Source of the DNA: Adineta vaga | Lineage: Eukaryota; Animalia; Rotifera | Reading direction: 5' to 3' | Assembly: GCA_021613535.1 (NCBI GenBank) | Contig: CP075493.1 | Location: 7,750,001 to 7,814,000 of the forward strand | DNA: 64,000 bases | Part shown: piece after piece, positions 14,657 through 27,644 of the stretch | Layout of the letters: each line of letters starts with the position of its first letter | Position numbering within the stretch: position 1 is the stretch's first letter | Notes under the pieces: model-generated | What the model saw: only the letters and a program-made list of their open reading frames with translations | Told to the model about the DNA's origin: nothing | The model's database searches: none | Made by a program: the position numbers and the translations under genes

Positions 14657-14665
14657 TATATAAAA
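14657..14665 (+). promoter_or_regulatory. TATA box of the cysteine-rich peptide gene
   Basis: TATATAAAA ~50 nt upstream of ATG 14714. Confidence 0.6.
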
Positions 14666-14713
14666 CCTTTGAATAGTTAACGTAGTGCATTCGATTTCGC
14701 AAAGCGACATTCA

Positions 14714-15019
14714 ATGATGAAGAACAGTTTAGTCTTACTTCTGGCAACAATGATTATGGCTGCTATGTTCCTTCGAACGACTGGTAAATAGTTATTTCGA
14801 ATTATGTTTCTATCTAATGGATTTCGTTTTCAAAAAGGCTTTTCAATCGACATTACGGATGAAGAAGATGATTTTCGTTCGGCTCTTTCTCATGCAAAAC
14901 GATTTACGTGCAATGATATTACTGGAGATTTTCTCTGTGCTGGATGGCCAGGTTCATGGCGATGTCAATGTGGTGCAGCATGTTACAATAAAGTCTGTAC
15001 ATGCAAACGATGTATTTAA
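14714..15019 (+). CDS. Secreted cysteine-rich (defensin-like) prepropeptide, 83 aa
   Basis: Exon 1 14714-14783, intron 14784-14837 (54 nt, GT..AG), exon 2 to TAA 15019. Product: signal MMKNSLVLLLATMIMAAMFLRTTG, acidic pro-region, KR site, then mature FTCNDITGDFLCAGWPGSWRCQCGAACYNKVCTCKRCI (8 Cys). Confidence 0.8.
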
Positions 15020-15414
15020 AATGCATTATATTTTGATCTAATCAAAAAAAGACATTACTAATCTATATGTGAAGATACTAAGAAGCAACATGAGTAGATT
15101 TACTTTAGAAATTTTCATATAATATATCATGTTAATCTGTTTTCAGATTAAATAAATTTCATAATAATGTCTACATATATATATGTATATGCTCATTGAT
15201 AGTTTTATTGAATTTAATGTAAGAATTATATATCTAAGTAAGTTAAGTAGATAGCATGCAAAACGAAGGTAAATCTCTAGGGGTATATAAGAAGGTAGAA
15301 AACGATGAACATTGATAGAAATAACAAAATAAAAGACGATAGCAAGAAAGAAAGAAATGAAGGTTGATGTAATAAATTCTTAGTTCAATTCTGTGTATAT
15401 ACAGTTCTCTGTTT

Positions 15415-18400
15415 CTATATTGCTTGATTGAGTGCTTCATTGGCTTGAGCGATTAATCGTCGTCGATCAAGTCCCTTTTTTAAACCATTGCGAACAAAAT
15501 TTTCGCAAAATGATTTTTTATCCTAATAGAAATTTTTTTGAATTGAAATAAGTAAAATATAGAAATCTCTTGCAACTTACTTCACTAGCATGAGCACATT
15601 CAAGAATAACTGAATTATCTTGTGATGGTTGAGACTGTCCTGTACCACGACATTCACGTACAGACCAACGCTTAGCATCATGTTGTTTGCTACCACTATG
15701 ATCACGTACATCGCCCAATGCACCTTCAACATAACCACCTAGAAAGAAAATAAAATTTAAAAAAAAACGCGATTTTCATTGTTTTTCTTCATTGAACTCA
15801 CCATAATGCATTGGCATATTAACAGTATAATAATTTCCATGATTGCACATTTTAACACGAGTAGTATTTGAACATTCATATTCTTTGATTTCAACTTGAT
15901 TGGGAATTAATGAATAAACTTTACCATTAATGAATCGAAATGAAAATTGAAGATTAACAAAATCATGAACTAAAAGATGATCACATGTTGGATCCAAAAA
16001 TAGATTATCACCATGAAAATCAAGTGCATCTCCTGTTTCAGTAATGATTGCATGAAATTCAGGTGTAAGTGATGGATTACGTTTGAAGAGACGTTTGGCA
16101 AGTGTACGCAATGCTCTGAAGTAATTTTGTGATGTTTCAGTACGTGATTCCATATGATTGACTAAGACGGAACGTATTGTATCAAATGCTTGATCACGAT
16201 TACGAAGAAGACTACCAAGTGCAAGCATACTTTCACTGGTGCCAGCATATCGACCTGGTTGACGACCAATGGGAAATAATAATTCGAAATTTGTATTATT
16301 AATATAAGCCTAAAATCAAACAAAAACATGAAAAGAAATTAGAATACATTCTCATATATATTTATTTGCCTTTGGAATATGTCGAATAGCATTTCGTACA
16401 CGTTCTCGGATAGCTTCTTGTCGTTTAGTAATACGTAACGATAATTTTTGAATGTTACTACCAATTAATTTTGATGAATCACGTATTTTGTTAATTGATT
16501 TGGTTACTTCAGCATCGGCAGCAGTAGCAAATGCAGCTGAATCAATATCAGCAATTAATGTTCGAAACCATTTATTTTCTTCACCTTTACTTCCGTCATC
16601 GATAGCTTTGAATATACTTTTCCATTGTTCACTATTTTGTCGGGCGATTCTTTCATATCCTGCAACTAATTTACTAACATAGTCAGTGATACGCTTATCA
16701 ATAGCTGATTGATCAACTTTGGGTAAGAAACGATCGAGAAGTTGATCAGCTCGTTCTAATAAACGTTTAATCAATGCTGCTCGACGTGTTTGTACACGTT
16801 CAGCTAACTCTTTAAGACGATTATCATTTACAATTGTTGCAATACGTTCACGCCAGAATGCTTCACGTTCAACAGCACGTTCACGAAGAAGAACAGATAT
16901 ACGATCAGATGCTTGAGAAAATGTTGGATATTTAGTAAAGAATTCACGTAAACCAAGACGAGCTCTACAAAGAAATGAGATTTGATAGTTTAGAAATTCT
17001 TATTCATGCTCATTGTTTTTTCTCTACAAATCTTTAGCTCTATAGTATGATATTCAAATCTGTTCTTGAGTCAGTTAAATTTTATTCGATAGAACTATAG
17101 CCTGGTAAATACTTTTTATCGTTCAAATTCAGCATACTTTATACGCAGCTATTAATGAATATGTAAATACGTACGTAAATTGACGAAGGAAGCTCTTTTC
17201 TGGTTCATTGCTCCATGCATTGACAATGGTTTTGAATGCTTCATAATCAACATTCAAAACTGATCGTAGACGTTGACGAAAATCGTTTATTAATCCAGCA
17301 AGATTTGTTCGATTCAAATCTTTCATTAAATGACTTTGAACAAAGTTTCGTGTAAAGTTCTATTTGAAAAAAAACCCATACAAATCAATTAAATCATTTT
17401 CAAACTACAAAAGAACAGTTGTTTTATTTTTTCCTTACTCGAAGTTGTTTGCCTCCTTGTGGATTTCGATAACCTAGACTATGGAAGAAGTACATTGAAC
17501 CAACTGGATAACCATAGTTTCGATTCAGTTTCAAATCAGTTGTTAAAGTTTTACCAGCATCAAATGAATGACTAATTTTCGTAATTGAACGATCTTCATT
17601 CCATTTATTTGAAGTTAATTGAACAAAATTAGCATTGACATCATTAATGATACGAATGGAGAAACTTTCTGGTAATTTAGTATGTTCTCCGTGAGTTTTC
17701 CAATGTTGAGTGTTATAAATTGTTACGGGAGCATCACCAATTTGTAATTTGAATGATTTTTTGATTGTATCTAAACCATATAAGCCATTATGAGAACCTA
17801 ATTTATCAATGGCTTGTGAAAGTGATAAAAAGATATGTGAATCAAAAGCAATTTCTACTAATGGTTTTCTTGATGTTGATAATGGTTCATCAATATCATG
17901 TGATGATCGATCTTGATTTCGTAACGATGGTAAGTATCCACGAATACGAGCACGATCAATGGTAATTGCAACAATATTTCGTTGTTGTGGTGATGTTTGT
18001 TTGAGTGTAAGTACCGTAGAATTATCCCATTCAAGTCTAGCAAATTAAACGAAATTAATAGTTCTATATGTATCATATGAATTTTTATCATACTTGAGAT
18101 TTACATTTGAAGGTGAAAATCGAACTTGATATTCATTATTGTTTACTTTAGTACCTTCAACTCGTAAAACTTCTTGTTGTTTTTGTCGAACTGTAACAAT
18201 TGTTGATTGTCCTGGTCGTCGTTTAATATTCCACGATGATACCAATGTATATATAGTCGCATCAACTTCTTTTGTTTGTGGATTACGTACTCCTTCATAG
18301 CCAATACGTTGACCTGGATATTTATTTAAATCAACATATAATTTTGATTTACCAGCTTTACGATCAATATCCATTGTTAATGTTGTTCGTTCTCCTTTAC

Positions 18401-21400
18401 AATTAACAGATACATCATCTGTATCTTGTCGATCAACATCACATTGCAATGTTTTTTCAGCTGCATTATCATTGGAATTCAATGAATATTTCAAAACACC
18501 ATTAAAACTTGTTTGAGTTTTACGTGTTTCATCATACTTAACAGTAATAGGATCTCGTCGTGGTAAATTAGCTTTTAATCGAAGATTCATTGGAGCATTA
18601 TTATGTCGTGGTTGATATGAAACGTCAAGATCAACAGCATCTTCTTTATTACGATTAATATCAAGTTGAGCTGTGTGTGGACCCGATTGTGGATCATGTT
18701 TTAAATCAAGTTTCATTGTACCATCATATGCGACTTGACCAGCTGGATTAGATAATCTTGAGTCAGCTGGTAATTCTAAACGTTGTCGAAGACGTTGTGC
18801 TAATTCATTACTTGCTTTGACATTGAATGTAGTTGTTTGACAGATACCATAGAGAACATTGGATGGATTATTTGCACAACTCTTCGATTCACTTGACCAA
18901 GTAATGACAGATTGACCTTAAAGAGAATAAAAAAACAAATTGTATGAGTTAATTTTGTTGTCTTTACCTTTTCGTTCATAAGTAACATCAATTTTACGTT
19001 GAGATTGTCCTGTAAGTTTATTCAATACTTGTTGATTCATACGAATGTTTGATGCTAATGATTTTTGTCCATTTTTATCAACTAATGTACTTTGTAATTG
19101 AACATTATTCCATTTACCATCTTCTTTTTCTACTGAACCCGAATAACTGAATGAACCTCGATTATTAGCACGATATGATTTGCCTTCAATGGTTGTTTTT
19201 GAACTGAAATCTTCATCGCGTAAACGACCTGTATGTGTATGATCAAATTTCAATTCGATATTATCAGGTACACGAACATCTAGTTTAGCTGTACCAAGAC
19301 CATAACTAACATCAAATGAACCTTTTCGTCCAGCACCACTATTTCCTGCTCGAATAGTAATATCACCTCGATAACAACGAGAATATTTACCACTTGCTGC
19401 ACATTGTTTAGCATCAATATCGGATGTAATCAATTGTTGCCCATCAGTTCTTTCAGTATGACCAGTAAGTGAATTGTCATCAAAACCAATGTCCATTTCA
19501 TATTTATAATCTTCATTATCAGTTGTATTTATAACACCTCGTACAGTGACTTGATGTTGTTTTAATAATGCATAGAGTGCATTTTGAAATTCAGCACCAT
19601 AATATTTTGAACTTGCTGTAAGACTAACTTGACTAACTGATTGTGGATTATATTGAGCAGTTAACTGAGCACCTAAGGCAATATCATTACCAACAGCTAA
19701 CGATTCCGTTGCATGAAGTGTTGTATTAAGTGAACCTTCGGAGTGGAAATAGAAGCTAATTGGAGTAATTTTCTATATACAAAATGAAAATAAAAAGTAA
19801 GATTAGATCGATAATATCGAGAAAAAAAATATATGAATATGATTTACTTACGGGTGATGCAAGTTTGAAAGTAACTTGAGCATCGACTGTTTGATCGTCA
19901 TCTTCATGAAACATTGGTAAATTATAATAAGCTTGAAATGCAGTTAAATTTGATAATGGTGTACCGAATTCAAGATGAATACCAAATTCTTGTGGCCATT
20001 TCATTTTACCAATACGATTTTCTCGATCAATTGTTAATTCTCCAATAATGCTCAATGGATTTCCGGATAATTGTGGACTTTCTAATGATAAAGCAACTTT
20101 TCGTGTTTTATTCGAAAAGATATAACCAATTGAATGTTTATGTAAAACATCTGTGTTACGTTTAAAAACACCTAATGAATGTAATGTTGACCAACGATGT
20201 ACATCAATTTTTGATAAACCATATAAACTATCTCCATTTGAACGTAAATATTCAATTTCATTATCTAAATGAACAGCCGGTGGTGAATTGTCTTCAAAAC
20301 GATCAATATTCAGTTGACCATAATGAGCAAAAACTGGTTTAGCAATAAATTGAGATCCAACATGACTTATACGTCCATTGATTCGTGATCTTTCAAGAAC
20401 TAAATCATGAGTAATATAAGGTAGATTTTTTAAGAATGGTATTGCAATTATTGCATGTGTGGTCAAAGAACCATCACCGGTTTGATTACGATCAAGTACA
20501 AAATTAAGATTAATTTCTTTTAGCTCATTATTAACACGAAAAGCAAGTGAATTGAATGTTTCTATGAATCCATCTTGTTTCGTAACATTGCCGTTAAGAT
20601 CAATAAATTTAAGTTTCTCATGTTTAGGTGCATTGATAGTAATATTATATGCACCAATAACTGATTGCGAAGATTCTTTTTTAGGTTGTCGATCAAAACG
20701 AACGTTTAAATCAAGTTTTACATCATTACGTTCGGGGACAATATTTGTATCGATATCCCAATGAGTTTTTAATGAACGTGATCGTGTACAAATAGCAAAA
20801 TTACCTGTAGCTGTAGCTTTCTTTTGTTTATTATCCCATTGTAATTCGGATCGACTTGTACCCGAATATAAATGACCATCAGTAACTCGATCGACTTGAC
20901 TATTATATGTAAATACTGCTGAACGTTGACGACGACGAAGATCATATTGAAATTTATAAGTAACTTTGTTAAGTAATTCAAAATCAAGATCAGATAAAAC
21001 ATCGAATGCAAATGGACGTGGAATATCAGGTAGTAATCGATCACTATCAGCTACAATATGAATCTTATTGGCGATATCAAGTGTTGGTGGATGCGTTTCA
21101 GGACCTGAAAATAACAGAAAAGAATTATACAGGTGTTTTGTTTTTCTCAATAAATAATATAGAAATAAATCGAACCTTTTTTGGATGCTTCTGCACTGCG
21201 ACGATGTCGATGATCAATAAGAAAACCGAAAACATTTGATTTTGTTTTCACTTGAATTTTTAGATTTGCTTCTGGAGAAATTAATCGTCGTGCTTGATTA
21301 GTTGATCGAATAGAACGTCGAACATAATCTAATTCAATTTTTTCATCAACTGGTGGACTTCGTGTTAAAATAAGAAAAGCCAAGCTACTATGAAGGGATG

Positions 21401-24400
21401 CATTGGCTAAATCAGTTGTTCGAGCGAAATCTGTTTTGAAATCAAAAACTTTTGTTGCTTCAGTTCGAGCTGGTGTTTTTAATGACATATGTGAAACAAT
21501 ATTATAACTGTTTTCATTGGCTCCACGATTATTTCTACGTTCATAGAAGAAGTCATAGCCATTTGATGATGCACCTCGATTTAATTTCATTGAACGATTT
21601 AATTCAATACGAGTACGAGCATCATTTCTTTCTACATGAGCTTTGCCACTGTATGAGAGATCACCAAGATTCATGTTGCCGTCAATATGCAAAAGTTGCG
21701 ATTCTGGTTTATATATATCACCACGAACTAAATAGAAAAAAGAAGGTTTACCTCATAGAACGAATGAAACTAATTAGTTCGCACTTACAATTAATTTTAA
21801 ATGATTTAGTTTTATCAGGTGTTGATACACTAATATCAGCTGTAAGACCTTGTCCACGATTTGGTAATATATTAGTTGTTAATACTAAAACTTCTTTACG
21901 AGTAGTAATATCAACAAGTCTAGTTTCTAATTTAAATTCATTATCATTCACAATCAATGTTCCTGTTGTTGTCATCACTTCTTTATTATCATTAGAATAA
22001 ACAGTACCAGTAAATCGATTACCATTTTGTGTACCTAATATCAATTGAATTTAAATTATAAAAACTACGAAAAACATCATTGCTATATTACCTTTAACAT
22101 TGAAAGATTTCATTCCAGTTAAAACTTTAACATCGAAATTATTGCCATTTCGTGTTGCAGAAATACCTAAGCCTGAAAGAAGAAAAACGCTTTTCGTATT
22201 ACATGGAACATATTTGTTGGAAAATACCAGGATAAGTTCCAGTTGTACCGACTTTTTCAACAGCAACTTCATATTGAGGAGCATCTTGTGCATTGTAACG
22301 CCAACCAATACGCCATTTTTTAATCGATGGATCTTTGGTAATAGTTACCTATTCAACAAAACTGTATAATAATTTTCACAATCTAATGTCGAAAACTTAC
22401 GGTCATTGGATATGATGGTCGACTGCCAATTTGAATAGAAATGGATTAAGTTCTAAACATGCTCGAATACCTAATCCACGATAGACAAGACCTGGTGTAC
22501 ATGATGGTTCAACTGAAGTTGTCTTTGGATTTGGAACTACACTAAGACCTTTCGATGTACGTAATGCATATTGAAATCTAAAAGAAATGAAAATATATAT
22601 GAAACAAAAGAACGGAACTAAAAACTAGAAAGTATTACTCAGTTGCTAAAGCTGTTGATTGAGAATTGAGAAGATTAAATTCTCGGATACGTCCTTGATT
22701 ATTAGCTTCAGCTTTATATTCAAATGGTATATTTGATAAAACACCAATTTCAATTGTTTCACCAATACTAACAATTGGTGATGTAATTTCACGTTGAAGT
22801 GTCAATGAAAAACTCAATCTAAAATGTAATATAATAAATTATTATGTTAAAATTAAAAAAAAAATAGCATACGCTGATCGACTGGTAATTGAAAATAATC
22901 CGATTCCTGCACTATCCTGAGTATTCTTTAATTCTGTTGATAAATCAGCAAGTATACCAATTTGAGCTCCTCGGTATAATGTTAAACCATTGGCAGCTGC
23001 TGAAGCAGCACCAATTTCCAATGGAATACGAAAGATTGGATTTTTGTCCTTTAATTCATTTAATCGTCCTAAGATTTGATTGCGAACAAATGTACGAATG
23101 TTGGAACGAAGCAAATCTTGTACTTTATTAGTAACATCTCGTGAACGAACATCAGCACCGAATAGTTTCAAATAAAGATGAACAGATGGATCAGGATCTT
23201 CTTCTTTCTGATCAAATTGCTACGAAAGAAAGAAAAAGATCATAGTTGTTCTATTGAAGATAGATAGGAAGCATTCGACTTACATCTTGTAATCGTTTAA
23301 CACCAGGAGGTAATGCACTTTTAAGACGTTCTTTTTCTTCTTCACTAACAACTTTACCGTTATTCAATGGATCTAAACGTATGAAATAATCAGCAAAGTT
23401 CCAATCGAGATTTTCACTGATTAATGCTGCATGAATCCATGGTAGAAGAAGAGTTTCACGACGAATACCATCAAATGCTAATTGAAAACCAATAAATGAT
23501 GGAACAACACGATCATTTTCAAAGACAAAGCAAAAATGAAGAACAGCTCGATAATTTTTACGAAGTGGTAATTCAATTTGAATTTGTCGAGAAGAAATTG
23601 TTGCTTGTTGAGCATATTGTTTCTTATTGGTATTGTGTGCACGAAGACGAGCAGCAAGACCACGTAATGGACAAAGACGATCAAGTGAGGAATATTTTAA
23701 TACTGACCAAATGAAACCATTGACCTATATTAAATGTATCGAATGCAAATAATATGATGTCAAAGTTAAATTACCTGATTGAGTGGTTCATTGAGAAGAT
23801 CTCCAAGTGCTTTTTCTAATGCATCACCTAATGATGAATCAGCTTCTTCGGGATTGTAGATAAATGATGTAAATAAAGCTTCAAATGCCCATACTCGTAC
23901 AGCATTTTTATTGGCTTTATTTTGAAGTTTTCTTAATAAAATATTTTGAAGATCACGTCGAATTCGTAATTCATCATTATCTTCAATATTATCATCACAG
24001 ATATGACGAATAGCATTCAAAGCATGATATTGAACTTCTAATGATCCTTGATCATCAGCAGCTAATCGTCGTACATTATCATCATATAAACCTAATTGTG
24101 CATAAGCTGATAAAACAGCTGTAGTCACATTGTTTTCATTTTTTGATGGATTAGTTAAAAATCTTGAAATAGATCGTTGAAATTCTTTGATTTTCTAAAG
24201 AAAATTCATTGAAAACTAACGAATATAGGTGAAAAAATGAACATACCAATTGAGCATCTTTATTGTTCTCCTCTCGAGCTTTGTACTTTTTAAGAATTGT
24301 TGCAGCAAGACCAACAAATTCTGGTACTTGTTGAGAATTTAATCGACGTGCACCTTGAACAACTTGATCGACTAATTCACTTGATGGTTTATCCAAATAG

Positions 24401-26112
24401 AAGACAGACATTGGATGAGCAAATTTCAAAGTCTGAAGATCAAGATTAAGCAATGAAGCACTTGGATCATGTGCATAGATCGTATTGAGCAATGTTGGTA
24501 CTAAATGTCTAAGAAAAACACAAGCATAAATCATTCAAGATATAATGTTTTTGACTTCGAAAATAAAGAGCTGAGTTTTATACTTGAGTCCTGCATTGGT
24601 TTTGAATGCTTCAATATTTTGACGATCCATTCGTCGTAATTCATTGGTTACTTGGACGAAACGTGCAGCAGCAAATTGATTCCAATCTTGTGTTTTGAAA
24701 AGTGCTTGAATTTTTGATGCTAATGATGAAACAGCTTCATTGGATTTATCGAACGATGCTGTTGGAACAAATTGTAATGTTTGTCGAAGAGGATTTCGGA
24801 GTTGACCTATAGAAGAACATGAAAATAAACATAGAAAAGAAAACACGTTTCGTATAAAACTAACATCCATCGACTTGTGCAGCTACATTTGGTTGTAATG
24901 TTAAATCTTGTGTAATTGAAACGAGTTTAGTTGAAATCTCTTCTTCATCATCATCTTTATCATTGAAATCAATTTCATCTTCTTCTGAACTGTCATCATC
25001 ATCACTACGAATTTGTTCATCCTGATCACTATTTTTTTGATTCGTAGATTTTTTTGATGGTTTTCGATCTTCTTCTGAATCAATTTCAAATGTTTTACAT
25101 CGAACACGTTGAATTTTCTTATCACGAATATCAGTTCGACAAGCATAACGTGTTTTAGCTGCAAAAACATCTTCCATCTAAAAAATAAATTGACTTTTTT
25201 CTCTAGGAAAATATGACACCTGTAGAAGACTTACTAAAGGTCCAAGAAGTGAAGTTAAAACAGGACTTGAACTTAAATGTAATTTATCTCTTGAACAAGT
25301 TGATAGATCTTTATTCTTATTGATTTGTGTAACTGCACCTCTTTGTGAATATTTATATCGAGTTGTACAAACACCAAGTACATCTTCTTCTCGTACCTTA
25401 AAATTCATATTACAATTTATCGTAGCTGTACATCAAGTAAAACTTACAATGTTTTCTTTATCATCAGGTACAGGTGAATAAACTTGAAGTGCACTAAGAA
25501 CACCTTTGATAAAGTTAACATGATCAACTTTAGCTGATGAATCAGCTTCAACAGCAACAACAAAACCATCAATCCAACGAAAACGAGCACAAAGACTTTC
25601 AAGTTCTTTTTGAGCACTTGCAGTTGATGTAACAGGTGTTTCATCTTCATCTTTGGTTTCCGTAATTTTGATATTTCGAAGCTAAAATAATGAATTGATT
25701 TTTTAGAAACTTTCTAGTATAAAGTAGAATTCAAAATAGTACTTACTTGAACAGCATAGTTACAATCGCCTAAACTTCTAATGTGTACATCGGCTGTTAT
25801 TTGATTTTTTAAATCAAATTGAGCATTGGCAACAGAGAGTTTAACTTCTGTTTTATACTTATAAACTAATGAGCTTTGACCAGGTGCAATAAGTTGAGCT
25901 TTATAAGTGAAAAAGAATATATTTCACGAAATATAGATGTATTCACTTACCCGATGTACAAATAGGATCAGATTTACTTGATGACAATGGTGCAGCTGCA
26001 GCTCGGCAAACTATATAAGCATATTGGAAATAGATTTGGTTGATTAAAAAGAAAATTTTCTCTTACCAAGCACTAAGATTAGTGTATAGAAGAAATTCGA
26101 CGATGCCATCAT
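15415..26112 (-). CDS. Large lipid transfer protein (vitellogenin/apolipophorin-like), ~3000 aa, many exons
   Basis: Signal peptide MMASSNFFYTLILVL.. and a Vitellogenin_N-type beta-barrel (NFIKGVLSALQV, REEDVLGVCTTRY, NKNKDLSTC). Then an alpha-helical domain (RVWAFEAL, EPLNQVNGFIWS), a long beta-rich middle and a C-terminal vWD-like region (DFHGDNLFLDPTCDHLLVHDF; GYVEGALGD). Ends ...NEALNQAI-TAG. Confidence 0.82.
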
Positions 26113-26207
26113 CGTTGAATTTTATATCTTTCCACAAGATACTGGTATGTGCTACTCGTTTTCTACAATGAATATGTAGAAGAGACAGTTGCTATTCGAA
26201 GCTGAAG

Positions 26208-26271
26208 TTTATATACAGTCGTTTGTTTATTTCTCTCTCGCAATCAATTAAACCAATAACTAACTGATAAG
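26208..26271 (-). promoter_or_regulatory. TATA box (26208-26215) and nearby GATA site (TGATAAG, 26265-26271) of the LLTP gene
   Basis: TATATAAA on minus strand ~100 nt upstream of ATG. Additional WGATAR motifs at ~26333 and ~26394. GATA control of yolk/lipoprotein genes is known in other animals. Confidence 0.45.
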
Positions 26272-27644
26272 ACCTGTATCCGTTAAGCTTACCAATGAGA
26301 AAAATCTCAAAAGAAAAAGAAAATGCAAATTAAAGATAACTATTTGTTCGCTTTCGCAAGGGTTCCCTCGATGTCTTTATGACAGGCTATATGTTATCTA
26401 TCAATATGAATAATATCCACTTTCGACAGTAATCGTTAATGCGGATGTTTTTGTGATATCATTAAAAGCTGAAAAACGATCTATATATATATATCCTACC
26501 ATAGTTCGTAGAAGCACAAACTTTGACCTAAAATACGAGGAAACGGCACTAAAGTTTGAGTTCGTTAGCTATATTTAGTAGTAACAAAAAAAGACATTAG
26601 CTATCTTAATGAGTACTCGAATATTCTTCTTTACCATAATAATATACAACAAATAAGTTTATCTATATTCGTTGATATATGTTTTATTCAACATGCAATT
26701 GTGTCTAGTTTCTGACATGAATCCTAATCACGTAGATATTTAAAGAATTAGAAGACCATAGCCCTTGAGATATACATTATAAATCTAATGAAAAAAACCT
26801 GACCGAAATATCTTCTGTACATATCCATCAATCCCTGGATTTTCGTATATAACTTATCAGTTTTATGTTAATGAGTTTTCAGACGTTATCCATCAGATAC
26901 TTTCTTTTACTTTTCTCTTATCTTGACTTAGAATAGATTTTCTATTTATGATTATTGTATCAATAAAACTATACACAAGACTGTCCGTAATCATCAATTG
27001 GGATTTTCCCAGAAAATTGTACTTATTGCTTGTTCTAAAAATGAATACACTGAGTTTAATATTTTATATTTCGTCGTTGCCTTTTCTTTTTAATGAATAT
27101 TTTGTCGAGTCTTATTCATCGAATGATTAATTCAAGAAAAACATGTCATAATCCTATCTGATAAAGAAATAATTCTTGTATAGCACATCAATCAACAATA
27201 TATCATTAATTTTTATCAAAGCAGAACATATTTTCGTTCCTAAATGGTCGTTATGAGTGTTAAAGTTGTTCTTATATAATATTGACAAACTCAGGTCATG
27301 TTCGACGTCTGATCGTTGATGATAGTTTGTTGAAAGGACTACCCTACCCACTCTATCAAAAGATAACGACACATCATAATTTCGAAAGAGTTGACCTTAT
27401 TTTATTATGTAAAAGTGCAAACATGAAATAGACAATACAATTTTGAACAAAAAAGAAATGGAATGATTTAAATTGAACCCAAGCTTGCGTTTCTTTTAAA
27501 GACGTGAACACCACATATAATACAAAGCACAAAGATATCAAATGGATGGAATGTCGAAGTGTGTAAAAAGATGCATAGAAACAAAGAAAAATGTGAATTT
27601 GAATAAGCATACGTACAACATAGAAAATATACAAATATTTCATT

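Noticed and set aside
16452-23714. Plus-strand ORFs (e.g. 21452-22000, 20552-20764) inside the LLTP gene
   Set aside because: Antisense shadows of long coding exons; no independent coding signal.
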